DNA of 64,000 nucleotides from an uncultured Actinomycetota bacterium (GCA_963794755.1 CAWCEX010000010.1:617621-681620), one strand, 5' to 3'; shown: positions 32,029 to 42,656, counted from the stretch's first letter. Numbers and translations: made by a program. Notes: generated by a model not told the origin, from the letters alone.

Positions 32029-33547
32029 CTTCGCTTTCGCCGCTGCGCTTGCACTTTGCCTGACGCTCTGCGGGTGCGCGCGGCAGAAACCAGACCCGTC
32101 GACCGCCGTCATGCTAATCGAGAGCTCACCGCTGAATCTGGACCCCAGAATTGGAACCGATGCGCAATCCGAACGGATCGGCGAGCTGATCTTTGAGGGG
32201 CTGGTGCGGCGCGACGACAATTTCGAACTGAAGCCGCGACTGGCCGAGAGCTGGGAGATACCCGATCCTCTCACCTATATCTTTCACCTGCGGCACGATG
32301 TGCGCTTTCACGACGGGCGCGCCATGACTTCGGCGGATGTGAAGTGGACTCTGGATTCGTTGCTGGATGGAAAGCTGCGCTCGGCAAAAGCCAGCGCCTA
32401 CCGGTATGTCGATAGGGTCGAAGCACCGGACGCTTTCACCGTTGTGATTCATTTGAAAGAGCCATTTGCGGCGCTACTCTGGAACTTGTCAGACGGCGCG
32501 CTGGGAGTAGTTCCAAACGGCGCGGGAGAAGAATTGGCGCGGCATCCGATTGGCACAGGGCCATTCCGCTTCGTCTCCGAGGCTCCGGATCGCGACGTGG
32601 TCGTTGAGCGGAACGAGCAGTACTGGGGTAAGCGGGCGGGACTGGCGCGAGTGCGCTTCAATGTTGTTCCGGATGCGACGACCCGTGCGCTGGAGTTGCG
32701 CAAAGGTTCAGCCGACGCGGAGATCAATGCGTTGCCGGGAGACATGGTGCCCGCTCTCGCGCGCCAACCCCAACTCGTAGTGGAGCGCGCCCCAGGAACA
32801 AGCTACCAGTACCTCGCGATAAACCTGCGCGACCCGATTCTGAAAAACGTCCTGGTGAGGCAGGCGCTGGCGTATGCGATCGACCGGGAGCCACTGATCC
32901 ACTATCTGTGGCGCGACATGGCTCGTCCGGCAAACAGTGTCCTGCCGCCACAGCACTGGGCCTACGATGCGAATGCAAAGAACTATCCCCACGATGCAGC
33001 CAAGGCTCGCGAACTGCTCGATGAGGCGGGATATCACACTGACGCCAGCGGAGTGCGCTTCCACCTGGTAATGAAAACCTCCACCGACGAGACGACCCGG
33101 TTGCTCTGCGCAGTTCTGCAACAGCAGTTGCGCGAGGTCGGCATCGCTCTCGACATCCGCAGCTATGAGTTTGCAACCTTTTACGCGGATGTGGTCAAGG
33201 GTGCGTTTCAGCTCTATTCGCTGCGCTGGGTGGGAGGCAGCAACCAGGATCCGGATGTGTTTGAGAACGTCTTTGACACGGCGAGCTTTGCTCCCAAGCG
33301 AGCCAATCGCGGGTACTATTCGAATCCCGAGGTGGACGAGCTGATTGCCGAGGGCCGCCGCAGCGTGGACGAGAAAGAGCGCGCGGCAGAGTACACACAG
33401 ATACAGGAAATACTCAGCCGCGATCTGCCATACGTGCATCTATGGTGGGCAGACAATGTACTGGTGCACACCCGGAGACTGGAAAATGTAAAACTCACCC
33501 CCGCCGGAAACTATGACTTTCTACGCGACGCGACGCTGGCCCAATGA
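32021..33547 (+). CDS. Peptide ABC transporter substrate-binding lipoprotein (family 5)
   Basis: Lipobox LCGC, IFEGLV..P.LAESW, FHLRHDVRFHDG, PIGTGPF. Confidence 0.9.
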   Translation: MRSFAFAAALALCLTLCGCARQKPDPSTAVMLIESSPLNLDPRIGTDAQSERIGELIFEGLVRRDDNFELKPRLAESWEIPDPLTYIFHLRHDVRFHDGRAMTSADVKWTLDSLLDGKLRSAKASAYRYVDRVEAPDAFTVVIHLKEPFAALLWNLSDGALGVVPNGAGEELARHPIGTGPFRFVSEAPDRDVVVERNEQYWGKRAGLARVRFNVVPDATTRALELRKGSADAEINALPGDMVPALARQPQLVVERAPGTSYQYLAINLRDPILKNVLVRQALAYAIDREPLIHYLWRDMARPANSVLPPQHWAYDANAKNYPHDAAKARELLDEAGYHTDASGVRFHLVMKTSTDETTRLLCAVLQQQLREVGIALDIRSYEFATFYADVVKGAFQLYSLRWVGGSNQDPDVFENVFDTASFAPKRANRGYYSNPEVDELIAEGRRSVDEKERAAEYTQIQEILSRDLPYVHLWWADNVLVHTRRLENVKLTPAGNYDFLRDATLAQ

Positions 33548-33631
33548 TTCCGAGTGTGCTCTCGAATTTAACCTTGAGATTACTCCAGCATCGCCGGATT
33601 GCAGTAGAATGGACCCAACACGGAGGATCGC

Positions 33632-33859
33632 TTGCCGAAGTTCGAAGAGTGCTTGCAGCGGTTGGAAGCAATCGTCAAAGAAATGGAAAGAGGCGATCTC
33701 CCGCTGGAAGAGTCGTTAAAGCTCTTTGAAGAAGGCGTCGCACTTTCAGCTTCCTGCAGGAAGGAACTGGAAGATGCGGAAGGCAAGATTGAGATCCTTC
33801 TGAAGCAGGATGGCAAATTGCGAGCCGAAGCATTCGGCGAGAACAGCGAAAGCCAGTAA
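33632..33859 (+). CDS. xseB: Exodeoxyribonuclease VII small subunit
   Basis: FEECLQRLEAIV..E.G.LPLEESLKLFEEGV..C...LEDAE; GGAGG RBS; upstream of ispA. Confidence 0.9.
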   Translation: MPKFEECLQRLEAIVKEMERGDLPLEESLKLFEEGVALSASCRKELEDAEGKIEILLKQDGKLRAEAFGENSESQ

Positions 33860-33948
33860 TAGACCACGCAACCGTCCTCCAAAGATACGACAAACCTCTT
33901 TCCGACCGCTACGCCGCGAGGCGCTCGCAGTTGTTGTACGGAGAGAAA

Positions 33949-34323
33949 ATGACGCCGTCTACTGTTGTCATCGCACAGAACGACCCTGTCTTCGCGCAGG
34001 GACTATCGAACGACCTTCACGCGCACTTCGCCCGGGTAGCCGTGGCCGAAAATGCAGTGGAGCTGCGCACATTGCTGCTGCGCCACGCAGCGCGAGTGGC
34101 AGTGCTCGATCTGGAAGCTGTGAGCGTGGAAGATGTACGCCAATTGGCTAGCACATTTAGCAACCTAATTATTGTGTGTACCCATCGCTCCCCGGACGAA
34201 CGAATGTGGATAGCAGCAATGAATGCTGGCGCAGTCGAATTTTGCCACCCGCAGGATATCCGCGCCATATTGCGCGCCTCGCGCGCGGCGGCGGTACCGA
34301 GCCACCTGGCGATTGCGGCTTAG
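33949..34323 (+). CDS. Hypothetical protein, degenerate receiver-like fold
   Basis: VVIAQND..RVAVLDLE..IIVCT..AMNAGAVEF pattern resembles REC but lacks canonical residues. Confidence 0.55.
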   Translation: MTPSTVVIAQNDPVFAQGLSNDLHAHFARVAVAENAVELRTLLLRHAARVAVLDLEAVSVEDVRQLASTFSNLIIVCTHRSPDERMWIAAMNAGAVEFCHPQDIRAILRASRAAAVPSHLAIAA

Positions 34324-34342
34324 GTGATCTGCCGCAGATTCC

Positions 34343-34369
34343 AAAGCCCTGCGTCATGTAGGGCTTTTG
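34343..34369 (+). terminator. Rho-independent terminator-like hairpin
   Basis: AAAGCCCTGC-GTCAT-GTAGGGCTTT followed by a T-rich tract. Confidence 0.5.
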
Positions 34370-34451
34370 CTGTTTGGAACACGTCGTTAGGCCAACGCTA
34401 AAACTCTGAGTAGCCTCACAACGCAATGCGCTGTTACACTTTTTAGCGTAC

Positions 34452-35333
34452 ATGCTGAAAGAAACTTTACTCCAAGGCCAGAAGACTGCCGATGCGGCGC
34501 TCGAACGTTTGTTGCCCGCCGCGACGCAGTACCCAAGCTCCATCCATCGCGCAATGCGCCACAGCGTGTTTGCCGGAGGCAAGCGGTTGCGTCCTATCCT
34601 GTGCATGGAATCGGCACGGATGGTAAGCGGAGCCATGCCCGAAGGCGTAGACGAATTGGGTGCCGCGATTGAGATGCTTCATACCTACTCGCTTGTGCAT
34701 GACGATCTGCCTGCGCTCGACAATGATGACCTGCGCCGTGGCCGGCCAACCTGCCACAAGGCGTTCGGGGAAGCCACCGCGATTCTGGCAGGGGATGCTC
34801 TGCAGACGCAGGCTTACGAAGTGATGGCCCGTCTGAAGTGTCCGGCAGAGGCGCGGGTGCGCATCATCGAAGAGTTGGCGCACGGTACAGGAACCATCGA
34901 CGGTATGATCGGCGGACAGGTGGTGGACCTGGAGTCCGAGCACGTGAAGCCCGATCTGCTCACCTTGGAGTACATTCACCGGGCCAAGACCGGGGCGTTG
35001 ATCGTGTCGTCCCTCCTTACGGGCTGCTACTATGTGGGCGCAAAATCCGCAGAGGTGCAGCGGGTACGCGAATTTGGGCGAGCAGCAGGACTGGCCTTCC
35101 AAATCGCCGACGACATTCTGGACGTCACCCAGACGAGCGAGCAACTGGGCAAAACTGCAGGCAAAGATCTGGCAGCCGAAAAGGTTACTTATCCTGCCCT
35201 GTACGGACTGGCGAAGGCCGAAGAAATGGCAGCTCAACTCATTCGCACGGCTTGCTCTTCGCTGGACAGCTTCGGTGAGCGAGCGAACACTTTAACCGAA
35301 ATCGCGCGCTACCTGGTCGAACGCAAGAAATAG
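34452..35333 (+). CDS. ispA: Farnesyl/geranyl diphosphate synthase
   Basis: GGKRLRP, FARM HDDLPALDNDDLRRG, KTG, SARM FQIADDILD. Confidence 0.93.
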   Translation: MLKETLLQGQKTADAALERLLPAATQYPSSIHRAMRHSVFAGGKRLRPILCMESARMVSGAMPEGVDELGAAIEMLHTYSLVHDDLPALDNDDLRRGRPTCHKAFGEATAILAGDALQTQAYEVMARLKCPAEARVRIIEELAHGTGTIDGMIGGQVVDLESEHVKPDLLTLEYIHRAKTGALIVSSLLTGCYYVGAKSAEVQRVREFGRAAGLAFQIADDILDVTQTSEQLGKTAGKDLAAEKVTYPALYGLAKAEEMAAQLIRTACSSLDSFGERANTLTEIARYLVERKK

Positions 35334-35460
35334 CCTGCACATTCACCGGCGGCACTCACGACTGCGGTGCTGTCATCTTTTGCACATGAAGAAACCCCGC
35401 GTCGAGTGGCGCGGGGCTGAACTGCTGCTGTGCAATCGAAAATCTGTCAGACGCCGGGTT

Positions 35461-35664
35461 TCAGGCCGCTTTCTCGTGGGTTCCCGATATTTTCCGAACC
35501 TTCTCTCGCTGGCGATTGAGTTCGTCTTGCGACTCAGGTCTCGTCATCAGAGGCCAACTGAGCTCGGGCCCCAAGGTGATCTGTTGGTCTTCTTTAGGCT
35601 GTTTTGTGAAGAACGAAGGATCTCTGTTCCAATCGAACTCGTGATTCTTTTTGTCGTCTGCCAT
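35461..35664 (-). CDS. Small hypothetical protein
   Basis: 67 aa, plausible composition, AGAGG upstream; no family recognised. Confidence 0.45.
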   Translation of the reverse strand: MADDKKNHEFDWNRDPSFFTKQPKEDQQITLGPELSWPLMTRPESQDELNRQREKVRKISGTHEKAA

Positions 35665-36006
35665 ATTTACCTCTGTTTGGGTTGGATGTTTCTGGTTGTC
35701 GGAATATCGAGTTTGATGCGTTACCTTCCCCTTGGAGCGTGCAAATTATGAGCTCTGCCGGAACCTTGCAGCATCTGAATTCCCGGCCCACGACTGACAC
35801 GTTGCCCTTCGGCTCTGACTGCTCCCATAACGGAACCACCGCGCGATTTTATCTGGGAAGATGACGCCACGTGAGTAGATGATGTGGTATTTTTGTGACC
35901 CTTCTGCAGCCGAAAACGCTTCAAAAAGGCGTTCCGCTTCTCTCGAGCGCAGAAGGAAATGTCGCGGCCATGGACAGTAGGTCCCGCCCACAATAGGAGA
36001 ACTGCC

Positions 36007-36399
36007 ATGCAGAAGCACCGAATCCTTGTGGTGGATGACGAGCGAGCCATCGCCTCTACACTCGCGGCGATATTCGAATCTCAAAGCTACGAGACCGCCA
36101 CGGCATACAGCGGAGAAGAAGCAGTTCAGGTGGCTGGTTCGTTTTGTCCCGATTTCATTGTCAGTGACGTGATGATGGGAGCGATGAGCGGCATCGAGGC
36201 TGCAATGGAAATATTGGACATGCTCCCGCGGTGCAAGGTGCTGTTCATTTCGGGTAACGCCACATACCGGGACTTGCTGGGAGATGCGCGGGCGAAGGGC
36301 TTCAATTTCGAAGTTCTCCAAAAGCCTGTGCTCCTGCCTGAACTGCTGGCAAGAATTTCCGAGGTTCTATTGCATCCAGCAAACCAAACCGCAGCATAA
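36007..36399 (+). CDS. Stand-alone response regulator receiver
   Basis: ILVVDDE, FIVSDVMM, FISG, LQKP. Confidence 0.85.
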   Translation: MQKHRILVVDDERAIASTLAAIFESQSYETATAYSGEEAVQVAGSFCPDFIVSDVMMGAMSGIEAAMEILDMLPRCKVLFISGNATYRDLLGDARAKGFNFEVLQKPVLLPELLARISEVLLHPANQTAA

Positions 36400-36472
36400 A
36401 AAGCCAATCTGGCGTTTGCGGCATCCAACGTTGGAAGAATGCTCGGCAGAAAGACGCACCCAGGAGGCTAAA

Positions 36473-36673
36473 ATGTTCCGGTTCGTCAGATCACTGTTCG
36501 GATGCGCTCACCACCATTGCACTTTTCCCATCACGTCCAAAAGTCCAGGCGCACCTTCATCACAAGGAAAACCGTCTGCAACCACGTACATCGTCTGCCT
36601 CGACTGCGGCAAGGAGTTCCCATACGATTGGCAGCGAATGAAGGTGGTTGAGTCGGCGAAACACGCAGCCTGA
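36473..36673 (+). CDS. Cys/His-rich microprotein, family A (GCxHxxC...CxDC)
   Basis: MFRFVRSLFGCAHHHCTFP..YIVCLDCGKEFPYDW; CAGGAGG RBS; paralogue at 57000-57191. Confidence 0.7.
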   Translation: MFRFVRSLFGCAHHHCTFPITSKSPGAPSSQGKPSATTYIVCLDCGKEFPYDWQRMKVVESAKHAA

Positions 36674-36917
36674 TTCTTCACTGGCAATTCATTCTGGCAA
36701 TTGTTGCCAAAAAACATGGCCCTCACATCACCACGCAAGTAACGTCCGGAACAACCTCCGAGCACGGCCTGCCTGATTTCTCCCCCGAGGCAAACATTTC
36801 CATGTTCCAGAGCACCCGAACGAGCATCCAATTCTGGATAAGCCAAAGGGGAACTATGGAAATGGAACACGATCATTCGCGTAAATTCGCCGTTCCTGCG
36901 GCGACGGCAGGCATATT

Positions 36918-37121
36918 ATGAAAAACATTGTCGAGGTGTTGAGGAAAAAAGAGATGGAGTTGCAGCAAATCCAAGCCGAAGTTGAAGCCTTGCGCGTTGC
37001 CTTGCGGCTTCTGTCGGAAGATGGTGAGAACCTCGCACGCCCGCTGGTGCCAACTGGATTACCGGAATCACGGGTAACGGAGATTAACACCGGCTCCAAC
37101 GCCACGCGTCAGTTTCCTTAA
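36918..37121 (+). CDS. Small coiled-coil hypothetical protein
   Basis: VLRKKEMELQQIQAEVEALRVALRLL heptad pattern. Confidence 0.6.
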   Translation: MKNIVEVLRKKEMELQQIQAEVEALRVALRLLSEDGENLARPLVPTGLPESRVTEINTGSNATRQFP

Positions 37122-37136
37122 GGAGATCGGGGTCGA

Positions 37137-38771
37137 ATGAAGCTGTCACACGCTGGTGTTGAACTGCGTCACGAAAAGCGCGATGCGCTCCTTGCGGGCC
37201 AACTGCTGGTTGTTGACCTGGTCTCGGAGAGCCCTGCACTCAAGACTCGCGGCATCGTTCTCAACATCAGCAAAGGTGGCATGGCGGTCCAAACATTCCG
37301 CCCGCTCGGCCAAGGAAAAATTACCGAGATCCAACTTTCTCTCCCCAGATTCTCCTCGTCTGCGGGCCGAGGGGTGGTGGAATGGGAAAAACAGGGCGGA
37401 GTTGCCGGCATTCGTTTTCTTCCCCCGCTGAAAACTTTGGCGGAATTGCGTCAGTGGGTCCAGCGCTATCCATCCAACCAGGAAACCGATTCTGCTCTGC
37501 CGCTGCTTGCCTGCCGGAGTACCCCCAGCGCAAGCGAGTTTGACACCACGCTGCACTTGTTCGCACACAGCGCCATGGCTCTTACCGGAGCCTCCGGTGC
37601 GGCGATTGCCCTTGGAAATATCGGCGGCATGGAATGTCGCGCGAGCATCGGAAGCGCGCCCGACCTGGGCGCACAGCTTCACCCAGACAGCGGAATCTCC
37701 GGCCACAGTCTGCGCACGGGCTCGGTGATCCTCTGCAACGATCTCCGGTCGGATTCGCGGGCGAACGCGGCTGCCGTCCTGCAGATGGATATACGATCAC
37801 TCGTCATTGTCCCCATTGCCCTGGCCGAGGAAGCCGAGAAAGTGGTGGGACTACTGGAGGTGTTCTCACCTAACGCGAACCACTTCGACGAGCGCCACAT
37901 TCAACAGTTGCAGCCATTGATGAATATTCTCGCCGAGGCGATCAAGGACGAGACCGACAACAACACTCCTGATTTGCTGGGCGCATCTGCGCCCGCTATC
38001 GCAGAGACCGTCGAACCGGAGGAACTCTCGCCCCATACACAGCCCGCTGATCGCCTCCATACGGTCGCTATGTCGGTCGCACTGCTCGTTTTAATAATTG
38101 CGGTAGCCTTATTTACCCCGCGGCTCCGAACCAGATCGTCAGGCAATGCCAATTCCCCGATCAGCGCGCCGCATAACGCCCAGCAGCCCGACGCCGTAGC
38201 AGCCACGAAGGCAATAATCGGGTTCAGTCCGTCGGTGATTAGCCAGAAGGTGGGAAAGACTTTCAACGTGGACGTGGTCGTGAAGGACGCGCGGAATCTC
38301 TCGTCTGTGCCGGTACAGATTCTCTATGATCCGCAGAAGTTGCAGTTCATCACCGTTACCAGTGGAGGCTTGCTTGACCGCGACGGCCAGACTGCCGCGC
38401 TGGTTCAACGCGTGAATTCATCGGCTGGACGCATCAACGTTTCCATCTCACGGCCATCTACTGCGCCCGGAATCTCCGGCGACGGAGTTGTTTTTACTCT
38501 TGCGTTTGCGGGCAAAGCTTCAGGACTCACTAGATTGCGCTTTGAGCAGACTGGCTTGCGCAACACATCGGCAAAGGCAATATCCGTCGATAGCTCTGAG
38601 GCGGTTGTCAACATCTCAAACGCAACAACTCCCGCCGCAAATACCCAGAATCACGGACCAACCGAAACGCGTTCCCTGCCCTCTGCGCCCACCGCGTTAT
38701 CTCGGAGCACCCCGGCTGATAGATCCGTACCACAATCCGGAGTGGACAGAAGCACCGCGATTCCGAAATAA
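37137..38771 (+). CDS. Membrane protein with PilZ-like, GAF, TM and cohesin-like domains
   Basis: N-terminal R..R/ NISKGG PilZ-like motifs, GAF (SGISGHSLRTG, VVGLLEVFS, F.ERH), one TM, and cohesin-like GKTFNVDVVV..YDPQKLQF. Confidence 0.65.
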   Translation: MKLSHAGVELRHEKRDALLAGQLLVVDLVSESPALKTRGIVLNISKGGMAVQTFRPLGQGKITEIQLSLPRFSSSAGRGVVEWEKQGGVAGIRFLPPLKTLAELRQWVQRYPSNQETDSALPLLACRSTPSASEFDTTLHLFAHSAMALTGASGAAIALGNIGGMECRASIGSAPDLGAQLHPDSGISGHSLRTGSVILCNDLRSDSRANAAAVLQMDIRSLVIVPIALAEEAEKVVGLLEVFSPNANHFDERHIQQLQPLMNILAEAIKDETDNNTPDLLGASAPAIAETVEPEELSPHTQPADRLHTVAMSVALLVLIIAVALFTPRLRTRSSGNANSPISAPHNAQQPDAVAATKAIIGFSPSVISQKVGKTFNVDVVVKDARNLSSVPVQILYDPQKLQFITVTSGGLLDRDGQTAALVQRVNSSAGRINVSISRPSTAPGISGDGVVFTLAFAGKASGLTRLRFEQTGLRNTSAKAISVDSSEAVVNISNATTPAANTQNHGPTETRSLPSAPTALSRSTPADRSVPQSGVDRSTAIPK

Positions 38772-38783
38772 ATCGCCGAAGGG

Positions 38784-39776
38784 CTACGGTTGCAGGAAAC
38801 TCGCCTGAAAAGCCCGCCGATTGCACTGCTCCACTTCCTTTTCCGTCAGCGCACCGATGTCTATAAGAAACTGCTGCTCCTTGTAAACGTTGGTATGGTA
38901 TAGCTCCGGGCCGTCGGTATTCACCGTAATGGAAACGCCATGAGCTACCAGCTTGCGGACGATGGACTTCAGCGCCCTAGCGTTGGGCACCATGCTGTTC
39001 TTGAGGTTAGAGGTCGGACAGAGTTCCAGCGTGATCTTTGCCGCGACGATTTCCTCCATGAGTTCTGGATCGCCTGCGGCGATAATCCCATGCCCGATGC
39101 GGTGCGGGACGATCTTTCTTACCACGTAGCGCAGCTCATCCGGGTCGCCGGTCTCGCCGCAGTGAACGGTGATCCCCAGCCCCGCTTCCTTGGCGCGCCA
39201 GAACAGTGGCGCGTGGCTCGCCATCGAAAATCCCCGCCGGTCCGGCCCCGCTAAATCGATCCCGACAATACCCTTGCCAACATACTTGATCGCTTTTTCT
39301 ACGATGATTTCGTTCTGTTCCCGGGTCAGCGTTCGATCCATCATCAGAATGAGTCCGGCCTTCACATTCGGATACTCAATCAAGGCCCGTTCCAGTCCCC
39401 AGCGAGCGGCGTTGATGATGTGGTCTAGGTCCCGTTCCCCGCGGCGATTGCGGAACATCGGGTTAAACCGCAATTCCTGCAACACCAGGTTGCACTTGCG
39501 GTATCCGCCGCCGATGACGCTAGCTACCGAATCCTGCATCGCTTCCGGCGATGACTGGATCAGCTCCGTCCAGTGATAGAAGCGCTCATGCATCTCTTTG
39601 AGGTTACGGTTGCGCTCCCGTTTCCCCATGGTGACCATGGCTTCGAATTGCCAGTAATCCTTGGTGGGAAGGCGTATCCCCTGGCGGTGTGCAATCGACC
39701 AGAGCACAGGCGGGTCGACCGCGCCTCCGAGGTGGGTATGTAATTCAGCGCGCGCAGTGGTGGTGCGGGGAGGCAT
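38784..39776 (-). CDS. Adenosine deaminase-family amidohydrolase
   Basis: ELHTHLGG, GIDLAG, VHCGE, RIGHG, LCPTSN, NTDGP. Confidence 0.85.
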   Translation of the reverse strand: MPPRTTTARAELHTHLGGAVDPPVLWSIAHRQGIRLPTKDYWQFEAMVTMGKRERNRNLKEMHERFYHWTELIQSSPEAMQDSVASVIGGGYRKCNLVLQELRFNPMFRNRRGERDLDHIINAARWGLERALIEYPNVKAGLILMMDRTLTREQNEIIVEKAIKYVGKGIVGIDLAGPDRRGFSMASHAPLFWRAKEAGLGITVHCGETGDPDELRYVVRKIVPHRIGHGIIAAGDPELMEEIVAAKITLELCPTSNLKNSMVPNARALKSIVRKLVAHGVSITVNTDGPELYHTNVYKEQQFLIDIGALTEKEVEQCNRRAFQASFLQP

Positions 39777-39815
39777 GGCTAGTAATAATACAGCGGTTTG
39801 CAAATAGTTTGTAGC

Positions 39816-40466
39816 TCATCGACTGTCGTTTTGGTGGTAACTCCCAAGCTCTAGTTCAGCCTGTGTTGAGCCAACCGTCTGACCATCCTTCAGCCCAACA
39901 AAATCAAAGTCGTTTGTGAAGCCCGGACGAAGCAAAGCCGATCGAATCAACATCCGTGTTTGCCGCCGGCGCAGTTGCCGTGTATTGTCCGATAGCAGCG
40001 CCCGGTACATGATAGAAAACCATCGTGCCTCCCGCACTCGCCACGCCCGCAAAATGAGTGTTCGGCGGAATCATGTCCACGGTGTAAATGGATGCTTGTG
40101 TTACCCCATCGACCGTGAGCGCACTCATGCTGGCGGCGCCAGTTCCGGAGTTGGAGAGACCCAGGGTAGAGCTGACGTTCTGCCCCCGCGCAGCTGATGT
40201 GGTGCTCGCGGACTTCAGCAGAACGACATTACTTTTAATAACGAAGGCGAGGGAGAGGCAGTGATTTGAACAGTGTTTGAGGGCTGGCTGCTAACCGTCT
40301 TGCCGGCCCCATCCGAAGAGTGGGGATTCGAGGTTGAGTCCTCGCTGTAGAGGAACTCGCCGCCGAGAACTCTACCCAAGGATGCCAGGATTTCACCCCT
40401 AATCCAACCCGAGAACACGAAACCGGGCGCAGTTGATAACCGCGCCCGGTCGAAATAAGGAAGCAC
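39816..40466 (-). pseudogene. Frameshifted remnant of a Thr/Ser-rich surface-protein domain (DUF11-like)
   Basis: Joined frames read PSNTVQIT..LLKSAS..GQNVSSTLGLSNSGTGAA..VDMIPPNTHF, resembling conserved-repeat domains; no intact ORF. Confidence 0.35.
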
Positions 40467-40899
40467 TCAAGCGCCGTTTGAGGGTACGGCAGCTAGGCTG
40501 AATGATGATGGAATGTCAGAGATTGTCGTTGCGTCGATAGATACCCTCCTTCACCCGCTTGTGGGTTTATGAAAAGTCCTCGCGCCTCGACAGTGTCCTC
40601 AGTGTAAGGTCTGGCGCAAGAGCATGCTGTAGGCATTAAACGCCGTTTGGAAATTGTTGCAAGCGGAAAATCACCTGAGATGTGACCTGCAGTAATCGGT
40701 ACTCTCCCATCAGTTCTAAGGGGCCGCTCTCAAGTTCGCACCAGCTCAGCGTGCCAGCACCTCGGAGAACCCAAACGCTTCGATTCCCAGAGATGGTGGG
40801 TTCAGGTGCTCACCGACCCAACCTCGGGCAACCCTGAGTTGCTGATCTGCTTCCGAGTAAATATCCGCTATTGCGCGAGCCAACCTGAGGAGTTCCTCG

Positions 40900-41247
40900 A
40901 TGTTTACAAGAGCGGTCGAATTGAGAGCCAAACCGGGAAAGACAAACAGGTTGTTCAGCGTCACAAGCGAAAGGGTGCTGCCTATTCTAAAAAAGCAGCA
41001 AGGGTTTCAGGGCGAGATCGTACTTCTCTCGAACACTGAACCCGACCGTATGCTGGTGCTAAGTTTCTGGAATAAGCGCGAGGACGCCGAGCGCCACCAC
41101 CGCGAGCAGTTCCCTCGGTTATTAGAGATGCTGCGCTCCTTGTACGAAGGTGAACCTTTGTTTGGTTCAGACTGCTCAATCCTACGTCTCGGCACATCCC
41201 TTCTGCCCCGCCCTGACCACAAAGCTCTCGGGAATACAGCAGAGTGA
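40900..41247 (+). CDS. ABM-like (dimeric alpha-beta barrel) protein; C-terminus possibly corrupted
   Basis: PILKKQQGFQGE..LVLSFW..REDAE pattern; sequence after ~41155 looks non-homologous. Confidence 0.65.
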   Translation: MFTRAVELRAKPGKTNRLFSVTSERVLPILKKQQGFQGEIVLLSNTEPDRMLVLSFWNKREDAERHHREQFPRLLEMLRSLYEGEPLFGSDCSILRLGTSLLPRPDHKALGNTAE

Positions 41248-41663
41248 AATTACTCCCGCATGAGCTTCTGTCCAAAGCCGAGGGGGCGTTGGCATTCGAT
41301 GGGAGGAAAACACTCCACCCCTTTCACGACCTGTGCCCATCTCCGGTTTCCACGAGACAAGACGGACGATCTGCCGTACCGAACGATTCGACCTTGCGCG
41401 GAGTGCCATGACCTAAGTCAGCCATTACCTACCAATAGAGGAACGAGGGCTGTCCGTAAGTGATGATGCTGGCAGGTCGGCTAAACACCGACTAATACCG
41501 TAGGTGTCACCTCACCCAGTCCGTGATCTTCCACTAACGGCTCCATCGTCCGGCATGCCGCAGTGAACTCATTCATCAAATGCGGCACTTATCGCCACCC
41601 CTCCCCCTCTCCGCTCCCCCACATCACCCCATCGCAACCGTGGCGTCTCGCCAGTGCGCTGGG

Positions 41664-42656
41664 GTGGCGACGACGAACTACGCAGGGTTAAGTCGAGGAC
41701 GGAAGGTGTATCCACAGGTAAGCTGTCACGTATCAAGCGCTGGTTCAGATTCGTAGTGAAGGTTACGATTAACGGAAAATCCACTTCGGCCTTCTTGATG
41801 TGAACTCAGCTGATGTACCAGCTGCGTTCGCGCGTAGTATGCAGTGCTATTCCCGCAAGGCCCTGCATCGTTGACTACAGCGGGGTGGCTACTAACGAGT
41901 CTTGTACCCCCGTCATGAGAGAGCTCAGACAGCGCTGACGTACTGAACCATTAGCTTACCCCAAAGTGACAGATGGTTCCGGTGCATGTAGATCCTTGTG
42001 GTTGGCAGGAGAATATTACTCGAACACGGCGGCGGGTTGCAGAGATAACAGTTAATGGCTGATTTACGTTCAAGAACTACACATTGATCCGCATCTTCTC
42101 AGTGCCTACGTTAATTTGACAAACACGGCGATAGAGCGGATTCAGCTGACATCTTTGAGTCACCGACTCCGACGGAGCTAGCCACATAAAGATGCGCTGA
42201 ATACGCTGCTATCGCCGTAGTTTGTCAAATTAAGTAGGCACTGAGAAGATGGGGATCAGATGTGTAGTTGTTGGACTAATCCGCCCGGAGCTGTTATCTC
42301 TGCAACCCGCCGCCGAGTTCGAGTAATATTCTCCGGCACCACAAGAAAACACATGCCCCGCAACCATTGTCATATGGGTTAATGGTCAGCGTAGTTCTAC
42401 TGAGCGCTCCGGCGGGGGTACAAGACTGGTATCTGTAGCCACCCCAGTGTAGTCAACGATCAGAGTGCCTTGCGGAGCCTGCACATTACGGAGAACGCGG
42501 CTGGTACATTCAGCTGAGATCAGTCAAGATAGGCCGATATGGATTTTCCATTAATCTAGTAACCTATCGCAGCGAATCTGAACCAGTGACGACTGAGTAC
42601 CTGTGGAAACATTCGGCGTGACTATAGACTCAACTGTAGTATTGAGTCGTCGCCAC
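41664..42656. repeat. Long imperfect inverted repeat (~490-bp arms, 31-nt loop, centre ~42171)
   Basis: Exact complementary blocks: 42027-42051/42291-42315 (25 bp), 42008-42025/42317-42334, 42092-42109/42234-42251, 41740-41753/42573-42586, 41664-41674/42646-42656. Confidence 0.92.

Noticed and set aside
42157-42187. Protelomerase (hairpin telomere) target at the centre of the inverted repeat
   Set aside because: The loop is not a perfect palindrome, it lies inside a coding sequence, and no protelomerase gene is present; kept only as a minor alternative
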